Below the pieces are notes generated by a model, which saw only the letters and a program-made list of their open reading frames with translations, made no database searches and was not told where the DNA came from. Position numbers and translations under genes: made by a program. Positions 10,369 through 23,477 of a stretch of DNA of 64,000 nt are shown here, one piece after another (within the stretch, counting starts at the first letter, position 1; the number at the start of each line of letters is the position of its first letter). Source of the DNA: Octopus sinensis (lineage: Eukaryota); NCBI RefSeq assembly GCF_006345805.1, contig NC_043006.1, forward strand, positions 86,428,001-86,492,000, read 5' to 3'.

Positions 10369-10855
10369 CTGTAAATCTTTGAGTATAGTCGGCCCTTAAG
10401 TATAATATGCAGGGGATTTTTAGGGGGCCGTACCTCTGAACAACCTAAACCTTATGTATAATATACACCACTTCTCTAACTTGAGTCATGCGTAATTAAA
10501 CCAGCAGCACCTAGTCGAACAAACACTTCCACGCATGCTTAATACAATAATGGTGATGTTCTTAACTGTTATATGGGGATTGTAAATATGTTCTGAATAC
10601 TTTCATTTTAATAAATGTTGCTTACTGCAAGTTATGGATGATTCTTTTATGACTTCATTGTTTTCAGGCTTTCTCAAGGTATTTTCGCACCCGACATCAC
10701 AAAATGTGTCTGAATAAACATTGCCGGACAGCAAATAGAGACTCGGACGTTGCTTAGAAAATACTTTTCATTTTTAACCTCATATATAGTATGCACTAGA
10801 GATTTTGACCTTTAAATTTTGGGAAAAAATGCGGATTATACTCAAGGATTTATGG
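10369..10855. mobile_element. Tc2/pogo-type MITE
   Basis: TA-ctgtaaatctttgagtatagtc ... gcggattatactcaaggatttatgg-TA: imperfect TIRs of the CCGTA type with TA duplication. Confidence 0.7.
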
Positions 10856-13014
10856 TATTTTTAAACATCCAAGGGAAATAACCCATTCATGTTCGTAAAT
10901 TATTTCATATAAATCAATTTCAGTATGCATATTTCTTAATATTTGAACTATTTGAGTTATTTTCGCCATTTATCTAGTACAACACTTAAACAAGTAAATA
11001 GTATTTTCCTAAACAATAGATCCACTTCTTTCGGTTAGTGACTTATTCACGAATATACCAACACTAGCGCTGCAGAGGGTAATATTCTCTGAGAATGCAC
11101 AAAAGCTTCTTCACAGTTATTTACTTAGAATTGTTATTATCTCATATCTGATTAGCCTGTTATTACGTAACATGCTTCATGATTTTAGTATACATACCTT
11201 ATTAGTATTTCCTCCTAAGTTCTATACACTCTGGGAACACATTAAAGCCCTTTTCTGGGCTACTTTATTTGAATTCTTACTATCGGGTAATTGATTTCAT
11301 GTTATTACATAACTGACTTCACAATTTGGGTATTCATAACTTATTGGGAATTCCTAAAAACAAGATCCTGCCTAAGACACACACACACATACACACACAT
11401 GCAGGTGGGGTTCTCTTCCTGTTTCCATCTACCGAATCCACTCATAAAGTTTGATTGGTCTGGGGTTAAAGTAGAAGACACTTGCTCCGGGTGCTATGCA
11501 GTGGGACTGAACTCAAAACCATGTAGTTGCAAAGCAAACTTGTTAATCCTACAACTATGTCTGCACTTATAGAAGATATTGTATGAGAGAGGTGTATACA
11601 GTGTAAATGTGTGATTGTATAGGTTCTTATAAGCTGTCTTATTTGTTAGTTAGAAAATCTCTATAAAAGATGAGAGTAATAACTATACAAAGAAGTAGTG
11701 CTTATCACTACTTCGACATGGATATTTCATAGGTATCGATTTTACGACCATTTTAACCCCAGGAGGAACCTTTTTCAGCTGGTTATCTGATGCAATCTGC
11801 ACCCAATATATATTGCAAGCAAGGGAGTGAACCTCTACCATCTTCCAGCGACAGGACTACCAGTCCGTACAGTGTCGAGCTATTTGTGTTCATCCTCAGT
11901 AGTGGATACTCATTCACTAGAGATAACAGCAGATTGCTCCAGCTCACAATGTATAGTTATATAGTTTTATATATATATATATGTTTTATTTGTGATTTCT
12001 AAATAGTTGACTGACTATGTGTACCACAGAGTAAGTGATTATATCAGCATTTGGAACATAAAGAGGAAAGTCTCATAGAATAAATAGCCAAATATGCACA
12101 CACACACACACACCCACAAACATGCATAAGTACTTCATAGTATTCCTACATTATTGAATACGCACACAAATATATACACTAGTTCAAATACATACCTACT
12201 CAGAGGTGTGCTATTACATGCATATGCACATGTGTACAGTTATACAAACATACACACAAGCTCAAATGTATGCACACAAGCACCAATACATGGTAACACA
12301 TACACAATTACATATACACATGCACAGTTATATAAGCATAGAAACATACACACATACATAGTTATATAAGCATACAAACATAAACATATGCTCAGTTATA
12401 TAAACATAGAAATATGTACAGTTATTTAAAAACATACGTACCGACATTTACCCAAAAGTAATTTATTTGAAGGAGAATACTTAATATGTTTGCAAAAATA
12501 TTTTTAGTTTATTTTATTAAGTTAGACTGAAGTAAATTCTTTCTTAGATGGATATGTGGTAAGGTGGTGGGTAGATAAATAGGTTGGTAGGGTAGATTGG
12601 TAGGTAGGAAGGTAAGGATGGAAGGAAGAAGCAAGGGCTGACAGGTAGATAACAGAACTATGCAGATTGGTATATAGATGGGAGGGTAGGTAGATCAGGA
12701 TGTAGTTACTGAAGATAGGTAGGCAGGTGTATGGGTAGATAAAAGGGTGGGTAGGGTATATTGGTAGATACATAGGTAGGTAGATAGACAGGTAGGTATC
12801 TAAGTTATATAAAAAGATAGAGAGAAGAATAGACATCAGAGAGAGGCAGAGAGGCAACAGTAATACCCTTTTCTGCTTGGAAATATATTTCTTCTCATTT
12901 AATGTCCAGTCTTTCAAGTATATCAATCAATATTTATTGTGTGTGTGCCTGTTTCTCTGTGTGAGCATATGTGTATATGTGTGACCATGTGAGTGTGTGT
13001 GTGTGTGTGTGTGT

Positions 13015-13045
<31 letters not shown>

Positions 13046-13047
<2 letters not shown>

Positions 13048-13890
13048 TCTTTTATTTGTTTCAGTCATTTGACTGCCACTATGACAGAGCACCGTCTTTA
13101 GCCAAATAAATTGACGCCAGGACTTATTCTTTGTAAGCCTAGTAAATATTTTATCAGTCTCTTTTGCCGAACCACTAAGTTACAGTGACATAAACACACC
13201 AGCATCGGTTGTCAGGCAATGGTAGGAGGACAAACACAGATACACAAACATGTATACACACAAACATATATACACACTCACACACATATATATATATATA
13301 TAAAATGATAGGCTTCTTTCAGTTTCCATCTACTAAATCCACTCACAAGGCTTTGGTCAGCCTGAGGCTATAGAAGAAGACACTTGCTCAAGGTACCATG
13401 CAGTGGGACTGAACCTGGAACCATGTGGTTTGCTACTTACCACACAACTACTCCTGCACCTATATCTATATATGTGTGTGTGTGTGTGTGTATTCTTTTA
13501 TTTGTTTCAGTCATTTGACTGCCACTATGACAGAGCACCGTCTTTAGCCAAATAAATTGACCCCAGGACTTATTCTTTTGTAAGCCCAGTACGTATTCTA
13601 TCGGTCCCTTTTGCCGAACCGCTAAGTAACGGGGACATAAACACACCAGCATCGGTTGTCAAGCAACGCTAGGGGGACAAACACAGACACACACACACAC
13701 ATGCATATATATATATATATACATATATATGACGGGCTTCTTTCAGTTTCCATCCACCAAATCCACTCACAAGGCTTTGGTCAGCCCGAGACTATAGTAG
13801 AAGACACTTGCCCAAGGTGCCACGCATTGGGACTGAACCCGGAACCTTGTGGTTGGTAAACAAGCTACTTACCACACAGCCACTCCTGCG

Positions 13891-13892
<2 letters not shown>
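13046..13892 (-). mobile_element. Two adjacent copies of abundant tRNA-derived SINE family A (13046-13460, 13492-13892)
   Basis: tRNA-like head (ggcgcaggagtggctgtgtggtaag...ggttcagtccc), accttgggcaagtgtcttct core, internal (TA)/(TG) tract, tail ...gactgaaacaaataaaag. Confidence 0.9.
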
Positions 13893-13931
<39 letters not shown>

Positions 13932-14220
13932 TATATAAATACAGTGTACATTTAAATGCATAAGAGGTAGCCATCATAGGATTACCTGCATGCTAGAGAG
14001 GACAGTTACATTCCAAACCACTATTGGAGATAAAATATTGAAGGGAATGAAAAATAAAAACATTTGCCATCTAACTCCAGGAGTTAGGCCACTGGTAATG
14101 GAAATTTCTAGTATTTCTGATTACCCTTATTTATATATATATATATATTTCTACTATAGCTCTGGACTGACCAAAGCCTTGTGAATGGATTTGGCAGATG
14201 GAAAACTAAAAGAAGCCCAT

Positions 14221-14260
<40 letters not shown>

Positions 14261-14990
14261 ATATCACTATTGCAATTGTTGTCACCACCAAAATCCTTAC
14301 CACCAACAAAATCTCCACCAACAATAGCAACAAAACTATTTCCACCATCACATCAATGCCATCTCTACGATCATAATATTAATATCACCTCCACATTACC
14401 AGTCATGCTAGAAACACAGAGAGAAAGGGAGAGAGAAAGAGAGAGAGAGAGAGAGACTGACTGAGAGATGGGGAACAAAGGAAGAGAATTCCCTGCTATT
14501 TGCTTCAATTTTCTGGACAAATTGAATGAGCTGAGTATTCTTACATGCACACAAAGGCATAAACAGATGTGCAAATATACACAAAAGTAGATTTTATAAT
14601 GTTGCTCCAGTGTGTGTATGTGTATGTGTGTGTGTGTGGCAGCTAATGCAAAATTAAATCTCAGCTCAATACCCAGCTTCATTTCCTTGCAATAAACCTA
14701 CTCACACACATACACTTACACATACGTATGTGTATCAAAGAGATACTAAAAGTAAAGGAATCTTTGAATAAATATGGACCGTGTGTAAATAGTCAGGATG
14801 TAGAGAATTAACAATGATGGCAAATTGCTGAGAATGATGAGGAAAGAAAATGAGAAGAAATAAAATAAAGTGAATAGAATGCGCAAAGAGGGACCACTGT
14901 CCTCCAATCATAGGAAGTTATGAAATTTACAGTGTTTCCAAAAACAAATGATCAATAGAGAGATGATTTATAACAAACTGTATGATTTAA

Positions 14991-15210
14991 TCCTTTTGAT
15001 ACCAACCTGGCTGAAACCATCTCTGCGTCTGTAATACAAATGTCTTGTTTTCCAAAGTTCTGAATTAAAATCTTCCACCAAACCTTAGTCACAATTTATG
15101 TTCCTAACACTAGCTTAATGGTAACTAAGTTATTTTACTAAATTCTTTGTTATATTTAAATTTAATTGAAAGAAACAGAGCATCTCAACAGAAATATTGT
15201 AACAAACGGG
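14991..15210. mobile_element. piggyBac-type MITE
   Basis: TTAA-tccttttgatac ... gtaacaaacggg-TTAA. Same family as 59064-59284 and a fragment near 48940-49027. Confidence 0.8.
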
Positions 15211-15934
15211 TTAAGTAAAGATAGAATTAAAATTTATGGAAAAAGGGTCTCTGATTATGTACAGACAGCTGGTCATGAAAACCAGCAGAGAAGGACATGA
15301 ACTTCTATATCTTAACATCCAGGAGACCTGGATGTTGTCTTTCCAACTCCAGCATCTGAATTGTGCATAGGGTTCTGTAAGATTGTTACCTTGAGTAAAT
15401 AACTGTGATAATATAGCTCATCATCATCATCATCATCATCATCACCACCACCACCACCACCACCATCATCATCATCATTCAACATCTGTTTTCCATGCTA
15501 GCATTGGTTGGATGGTTTGGCAGGAGCTGGTCAGCCAGAGAGCTGTCCAGGCTCCATGTCTGTTTTAGTATGGTTTCTGTGGTTGGATGCCCTTTCTAAT
15601 ACCAACCACTTTACAGAATGTACCGAGTGCTTTTATGCAGCACTGGCATGGGTGCTTTTTATGTTGCACTGGTAGCCTACATTAAAAGGCAGAGAGCTGG
15701 CAGAATTGTTAGCATGCCCGACAAAATGCTTAGCAGCATTTCATTCGTCTTTATGTTCTGTGTTCAAATTCTGCTGAGGTCAACTTTGCCTTCCATCCTT
15801 TTGTGGTTGATAAAATAAGTCCCAGTTGACAACTGAGGTCATTGTAATCAGCTTATTCCCACCCAAAAATTTTGAACCCAATATAACTGTCCATATTATT
15901 ATATGTGCTACTTTTGTTACCCATTCTTTTGTTA

Positions 15935-16100
15935 CCTTAATATAGACACTTCAGTCTGAACACACCATTTCAAGTTACTAGACAAATAAAACTTATAAGT
16001 TTTCTTAGTTCTCTGTTTTATTACAAAAACTTAAGAACTTTCAAGTGTTATTTGTCTTGTAACTTGAAACTGTGTTCAAATTGAAATGTCTATATTAAGG
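15935..16100. repeat. Imperfect inverted repeat (~75-bp arms), MITE-like
   Basis: ccttaatatagacac...caagttactagacaaataa / ttatttgtcttgtaacttg...tgtctatattaagg. Confidence 0.75.
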
Positions 16101-16119
16101 AGAGCTATTTAATAACATA

Positions 16120-16460
16120 TGTGCCGGTAACACATGAAAAGCACCAACTGAACATGGCTGATGCCAGTACCTCTTGACTGGCTCTTGTGCCAGTGGCATG
16201 TAAAAAGCACTATCCAAACGTGATCAACGCCAGGCACACCTGACTGGCTCCTGTGCTGGTGGCATGTAAAAAGCACCCATTACACTCTCAGAGTGATTGG
16301 CGTTAGGAAGAGCATCCAGCTGTAGAAACACTGCCAGATCAGATTAGAGCCTGGTGCAGCTGCTGACTCTCCAGACCTCAGTCAAACCGTCCAACCCATG
16401 CCAGCATGGAAAACAGATGTTAAACGATGATAATAAAAATGATGATGATGATGATATTGA
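16120..16460 (+). mobile_element. SINE/LINE 3'-tail family D, with ~65-bp internal repeats and a (GAT)n tail
   Basis: Three gtgcc.gtggcatgtaaaaagcac units, then ...tcaaaccgtccaacccatgccagcatgga...gatgatgat. Related pieces at 1-60, 15420-15680 (minus) and 31500-31830, directly after an RTE. Confidence 0.7.
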
Positions 16461-16714
16461 TGTTGAATCTGTTAAATTCACTTTAAATTTAAATTTACTT
16501 AATGAGGTGTCAAAACTTTTGACATACAACTTTCAGCTGGTCACTGAAACAATTCAATCAAAATTGGTTGAAACTGTCTCAGTGGCCTCTGTGCGGCATC
16601 TTGGGCAAATATCTTAATCTATAGCTTCTGGCTGACCAAAGTTTTGCGAGTTGGATGAGGTGGACTAAAAGCCCAAATGACATAATAATCAAAAATGACA
16701 GAGAATGCTGGAAT

Positions 16715-17734
16715 TATTTCATATTTAGTGCAAAACCCTTTAGCTTCAATCAAACTTTGACATCTTCGACTGCATGTGGAAATTAAATTTTCAATTTCTT
16801 GCTGGGTGATCTTATTCTATTCTTCTTGAAGGGCATTCCATAATTGCTCGGTTGTTTTAGGATTTCTGGCTTTCAAACGTTCTCCTAGAATATTCCTCAC
16901 ATTTTCCATAGAATTGAGATCTAGGCTTTGAGCAGGCCAATCCATAACAATAACCTTTTCAGCCTTGAGGAAGTTCATGACCACCTTAGCCTTGTGACAT
17001 GGGGCATTGTTCTGCATGAATATGGGCGGTCGCTTAGTTGAATTTCTCAGCACATACAAGACATGATCTTTTACAAGTTGTTTATAAACTCCTGCATTTA
17101 CCTTTCCATGTAATCGCACCAAAGGGCCCACACCATCTCCAGATATCATCCCTCAAACCATAATACTTCCTCCACCGAATTTAACACTAGTCTTAAGGCA
17201 TTTAGGTGACAATTTTTCACCTGCTTTTCGACGAACGTACCTTTTCCCATCTGAGCCAAATAAGATAAACTTAGATTCATTACTGAAATGCACCGTTTGC
17301 CATTTTTCTTGAGACCACAACACATGTTTGGTTGCAAAGGTAAGACAACACTTTTTATTCTTGAAGCTGATCAGTGGCTTCACTGCAGGTGCTCTTGCTT
17401 GTAGGTCATGTTCAACTAAACGACGAGACACAGTTTTTCGAGATAAAGTTTTCTTCAATACAATGCTCATTTCCCGAGAAACAGCAGCAACAGTTTTAAA
17501 TCTATCCTTTTTAACCAACTTTACTATAGCACGATCTTCTCTCTTGGTCGTTTTTCTTGGCCTACCTGTAGACTTTTTTACTTCACACGGACCACAATCA
17601 TCGTAGACCTTAAGAATACCGTGAACAACACTTTTTGACTTGTTAATAATCTTTGCAATAGACCCAATACTTAAATTATCCTTCTTTCGAAGCTTAATAA
17701 ACTGCTGACGAATTAGTAACGGAGTAAGTGGCAT
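16715..17734 (-). pseudogene. Tc1-family (DD34E) transposase pseudogene
   Basis: HTH region, GRPRKTT, VHFSNESKF, KFGGGSIMV*G, FMQNNAPCH, WPAQSLDLNSMENV, AKGFCTKY. Two W-to-stop changes and both catalytic Asp read as Asn. No TIRs found. Confidence 0.92.
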
Positions 17735-17857
17735 TATATTAACAAAGTACACTGCAGATATTCTTACGGCGTGTTTAATAACTGAACCGTCACGTAAACA
17801 AATTCAAAACATTAGAGTTCGACGGTTAAATATACTAAAGCATGGAGTAAAAGCAAC

Positions 17858-18104
17858 GGTAAAATTACAGATTAACACCCGCAAGATTTTCACTAAGAAA
17901 AAAAAAAAACTCTGATTTTTTGTGTGGAATCAAGTACCCTGACCTCCTAATATGCTGGAAATCCCATCCCCCTCCGGACCAATTCCGAACCAAAATATGG
18001 GATTTCCAGCATATTAGGAGGTCAGGGTACTTGATTCCACGCAAAAAATCCGAGTTTTTTTTTTCTTAGTGAAAATCGTGCGGGTGTTAATCTGTAATTT
18101 TACC
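17858..18104. repeat. Near-perfect hairpin (~110-bp arms, 29-bp loop)
   Basis: 17858-17967 vs the reverse complement of 17997-18104 differ by about 3 substitutions plus poly-A length. Confidence 0.95.
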
Positions 18105-21100
18105 CGAAGTTTTTGCAACCATTGAAGTCCGTTTCAAGACGGAGAAGTTAGCACAGGAGTACTCGGTTAGCCCCTTGAAGACAAAGGGGGTGGCGCTTCT
18201 ACCCTCTTACAGGGGAAGACGTACTTCTCGTGTGAGGGTGACGGATGTGCCGCCGGAAATAGAACCTCGGGAAGTGATGGCTGCCCTGTTGTATAACAAG
18301 ACAGACAAAATGCAATTTCTCCAGGTCTCATGCTCTGCCCCCCAATACTGGACAAGACAGAGCATTTCAGCCATCATCCAAGGGAAACCGGAAGACATTG
18401 AAAACCTTCCGGACCAGGTACACGTGGGTGAGAAAGTTACCCTCAGAGTTCAAGCGGAGGGTAAAAAGGTTACTTGCTTCGAATGTGGGAAAAAAGGCCA
18501 CATTCGAAGCGATTGTGAAACAAAAAAGAAAGAAGAGGAAAACAAGAAAAAACTGTTACAGACACCAGTCCTCACAACTATTCAAAATATCCCAAACCCT
18601 ACACATACACTGACCCCCACAAAATCAAATGCTCCCATTCCCCTGTTGTGGTTCCACCCCCAAACAAAGTAATGAAAAGACCCAACCCCAGCATACACAA
18701 ACCCAGCTTGGTAATGATGCCACAATTAGGTCTCTGACTGACAATAGTGGGAGTTCGGTTGAAGGACGGGACGAGATGTGTGAGGTGCTTTACAAACATT
18801 TCGCCGAGTTGTTTGGGAGGCTAGATCATGGTGAGGCCCTTAGGGACTTCCTGTCTGGCGGCCCATGTCTCTGCTGTGAAGGGCCAATCACAGCAGAGGA
18901 GGTGATCGAGGTGCTGGACGAATGCCCCGGGGAGAAGTCGCTGGGTCTCGATGGTCTACCCTATGGATTTTATAAGAATATGCCAGACTTGTTCGGGCAC
19001 CTGCTGGCCAGTGTTTACACCAATTGGCAGCAGAATGGGAGAATTCCGAAGTCTGCAAGCCAAGGGGTGGTGACGCTAATAAGAAAGGACCCGAGCAAGA
19101 GGGACGAGATTAGTAACTTTCGGCCCATAACTCTGCTAAACACAGAGTTAAAGATTTTGGCCAAGGTGTTTGCAAAAAGGTTGGCGCGAGTCGTAGACAG
19201 ACTTGTAGGGAAGGCGCAAACTTGTGCCATCCCAGGCAGGTCGATCCAAGACAATCTCCATCTTCTACGCTACATCTTAGAGAGGGTAGGGAATCTTACT
19301 GGTACAGGAGGGGCACTGGTACATTTAGACCAGTCTAAAGTGTTTGATAGGGTCGACCACCGGTACTTGGCAGCAGTCCTCGGAAAGGCTGGCCTAGTCC
19401 CGACTTTCAGCGGTTGGATTGCTGCTTTGTACAGCGACATCGAGTCTACAGTCAAAATAAATGGATTTTTCTCAAAACCATTCAGGATCGAACGCTCAGT
19501 GCGTCAGGGGTGACCCTGTCTCCGCTTTTGTATGTACTGACTCTTGAGCTACTGCTGCGGAAGTTGGAAGCACTAGGAGGCGCACCAAATGATCTGTGGT
19601 GCAGAGATGGAGCTACAGCGTATGCGGATGACATTTCCATCATCGTGGCGGATGAGAGCTAGCTTCCAGTGGTGGAAGAGGCCATCAAAAGTTACGAGGG
19701 GGTGGCAGGAGCAAAGGTTAACAAGGACAAGTCAGTCAGTTTGCAACTTGGCACCTGGAGAGGCAAGCCAATGACGTCCAATAACATCGTAGGGCAAAAG
19801 GTCCTGTTAAACTGCTTGGTGTTTGGTTTGGACCAGACCTCCAGAGAGAGAAAATTTGGAGTGAGGTAGCCAGTAAGGTGACTGCTCTAGCCCAGACCTG
19901 GTCTGGGCGGACATTATCCTTGCTAGAAAAGGCGGAGGTGGTGCAGATGTTTATAGCATCTGTTATCACCTACCATCTGACCGTGGTGCCTTGCCCTGAT
20001 TTGTGGCTGAACAAGTTGGAGAGAATCTTTTTCCGCTTTCTATGGAAAGGAGGAAAGCCTCTTGTGAAGCGCTCTGTCTGCTGCCAGAAACCACTAATGG
20101 GTGGGCTAGGGATGCCTTGGCTGAGGATGCGAAAATTCGCGTTAAGATTGAGACACCTCTGGCTTTACCTGGATGGAGAACAGGTGTGGTCGCCGCACGT
20201 CCGGTCCTACCTTCCAAGGTTAACGTCCTTAATGGACATTGGTACATGGATCAAGCAGAGACCTAAACTGGGAAAATGTCATTTGGAGTGCCATCAGGCA
20301 CTTCAGCTACTCTCTCGGGCGGGCAATGCTGGCAGCAGAAGTTCCGCCATGGATTTTTATAGCGGGTTAGTGGGATTCATGTCTGAAGACGCCTTGGGGG
20401 AGACCCTGGGCTACAATGAAAATCAGTTGAGCAGCCTGTTCAGGAGTACATTCGGGCCGAGGTATCTGGATAATTGCCAGAAATCCCTGGCTTGGCAGTG
20501 CTTCCGTGTGGCATTACCGGTTCATGATAAGCTGTCAAGGCACGGAAGTGCCGTCTCGTCGTCATGTCCGAGGTGTGGGTAGGACAGGGAAACCATCTTG
20601 CACGCATTTGTGGGATGTCCGGAATTATCGGGATTGATAGCTTTCACGGAACAACTGTTGTCATCAATGGGAAGAGTACAGCTATCAGCTGAGTCCTTCT
20701 TTCCTTAGCGGGGAAGGAAGGCCTGTTTTTACTGCGTGGTAGCCATTTTAAAAGAAACGGTATGGAAGACACGTGTGAAAGGGATTGTGACGGGTACCTT
20801 GTATCCGGCAAGGGGTTGGTTAACTTTTTTAGCTACCAACTCAGCAGCAAGATCAGGCTCAAGAAACAGTAATTGTCACATGAGAAATTCGAGAAGAGAT
20901 GGAAGCCTGTGGTAAGAAAGCTGGGAGTGATTGGCACCAAGTAAGTGGAGCCCTGGAAGAAAAGCAAAGGCCCTACCCTGATGTCGGATGCCTTTCCTTC
21001 GGTGTCACGTTGCATAACGCAATGTATTTTATTCTATTTTATCCTTAATTATTCACCCTTCACATATTTTTAATCGATTCATAACAACGTTTTAAGCTAC

Positions 21101-21176
21101 TTCATCATTCTATGTTTGTCTGTCTATGTTTGTCCCCTCTGTATTATGCCTACATGGCAAATCTATTAAAATAAAG
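18105..21176 (+). mobile_element. Second, divergent Tx1/L1-clade LINE: 5'-truncated, endonuclease absent, ORF2 frameshifted
   Basis: ORF1 part with complete CFECGKKGHIRSDC, joined directly to GNDATIRSLTD...KSLGLDGLPY...SVRQG / AYADDISI / CPRCG*DRETILHAFVGC. The 3' UTR ends aaaataaag. Confidence 0.9.
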
Positions 21177-21277
21177 TATGGTTCTAGATTCAGTCCCACT
21201 GCATGGCACCTTGGGCAAGTGTCTTCTACTATAGCCTTCATCTGACCAAAGCTTTATGAGTGGATTTTGTAGGTGGG

Positions 21278-21320
<43 letters not shown>

Positions 21321-23443
21321 CTGTGCGCGTTTGTTTTTCTCTCACAGCTTGACGCCCAGAGTTTGTGTCCCCTAGGGTGTTCAGAAAAATGTGATTGATA
21401 GAAATATGGACTATGAGTACTGATCAACTAAAACCCCTTAAGCAGCCCTCCAGCATGACTACAGTGCAATGACTGAAATAAGTAAAAAAATAGAAATATT
21501 ATATATAAAACTATGGATGCTGACCTATCCAGGGATCATATTGAGGGGACAGATTTGAAAACCTCCATGTTTAATAGAGAAGAAAAAATGATGACAAGTG
21601 ATATTACCGACCCATTCAGTGAGGAGAGCCTGAGTCACTGAGAAAGAACACATTAAATGATGTAGTTCTAGATACATGTCTGAAAATTTGATGGAATGGT
21701 CATAGCTGGAATACCTTTGGTTATGGGCCTAAGGGATCAAATTTGACCTGTACCATTTATCTTTTATCTTTTATACTTGATTCAGTCTTTGGACTGTGGT
21801 CATGCTAGGACACTGCCTTGAAGAATTTTTTTAGTCAAATAAATCAACCTCAGTGCTTTGTTTTAAGCCTGGTACTTATTCTATTGGTCTGTTTTGCTGA
21901 ACCACTAGGTTACAGAGATGTAAACAAAACAACACTCGTTGTCAAGCAGTGGTGGGCAACAAACACAGACACAAAGACACACACACACACTGGGCTTCTT
22001 TCAGTTTGGAGTGAGGTAGCCAGTAAGGTGACTGCTCTAGCCCAGACCTGGTCTGGGCGGACATTATCCTTGCTAGAAAAGGCGGAGGTGGTGCAGATGT
22101 TTATAGCATCTGTTATCACCTACCATCTGACCGTGGTGCCTTGCCCTGATTTGTGGCTGAACAAGTTGGAGAGAATCTTTTTCCGCTTTCTATGGAAAGG
22201 AGGAAAGCCTCTTGTGAAGCGCTCTGTCTGCTGCCAGAAACCACTAATGGGTGGGCTAGGGATGCCTTGGCTGAGGATGCGAAAATTCGCGTTAAGATTG
22301 AGACACCTCTGGCTTTACCTGGATGGAGAACAGGTGTGGTCGCCGCACGTCCGGTCCTACCTTCCAAGGTTAACGTCCTTAATGGACATTGGTACATGGA
22401 TCAAGCAGAGACCTAAACTGGGAAAATGTCATTTGGAGTGCCATCAGGCACTTCAGCTACTCTCTCGGGCGGGCAATGCTGGCAGCAGAAGTTCCGCCAT
22501 GGATTTTTATAGCGGGTTAGTGGGATTCATGTCTGAAGACGCCTTGGGGGAGACCCTGGGCTACAATGAAAATCAGTTGAGCAGCCTGTTCAGGAGTACA
22601 TTCGGGCCGAGGTATCTGGATAATTGCCAGAAATCCCTGGCTTGGCAGTGCTTCCGTGTGGCATTACCGGTTCATGATAAGCTGTCAAGGCACGGAAGTG
22701 CCGTCTCGTCGTCATGTCCGAGGTGTGGGTAGGACAGGGAAACCATCTTGCACGCATTTGTGGGATGTCCGGAATTATCGGGATTGATAGCTTTCACGGA
22801 ACAACTGTTGTCATCAATGGGAAGAGTACAGCTATCAGCTGAGTCCTTCTTTCCTTAGCGGGGAAAGGAAGGCCTGTTTTTACTGCGTGGTAGCCATTTT
22901 AAAAGAAACGGTATGGAAGACACGTGTGAAAGGGATTGTGACGGGTACCTTTGTATCCGGCAAGGGGTTGGTTAACTTTTTTAGCTACCACCTCAGCAGC
23001 AAGATCAGGCTCAAGAAACAGTAATTGTCACATGAGAAATTCGAGAAGAGATGGAAGCCTGTGGTAAGAAAGCTGGGAGTGATTGGCACCAAGTAAGTGG
23101 AGCCCTGGAAGAAAAGCAAAGGCCCTACCCTGATGTCGGATCCTTTCCTTCGGTGTCACATTGCATAACGCAATGTATTTTATTCTATTTTATCCTTAAT
23201 TATTCACCCTTAATTATTCACATATTTTTAATCGATTCATAACAACGTTTTAAGCTACTTCATCATTCTATGTTTGTCTGTCTATGTTTGTCCCCTCTGT
23301 ATTATGCCTACATGGCAAATCTATTAAAATAAAGTATGGTTCTAGATTCAGTCCCACTGCATGGCACCTTGGGCAAGTGTCTTCTACTATAGCCTTCATC
23401 TGACCAAAGCTTTATGAGTGGATTTTGTAGGTGGGAACGTGTG

Positions 23444-23477
<34 letters not shown>

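Noticed and set aside
13656-13859. Recurrent peptide GLLSVSVYQIHSQGFG..AIVEDTCPRCHA in many ORFs
   Set aside because: It is the antisense reading of SINE family A, not a gene family.
16120-16280. CRISPR-like repeat-spacer pattern
   Set aside because: The three ~65-bp units have related spacers, sit inside a retroposon tail in eukaryotic DNA, and have no cas genes nearby.
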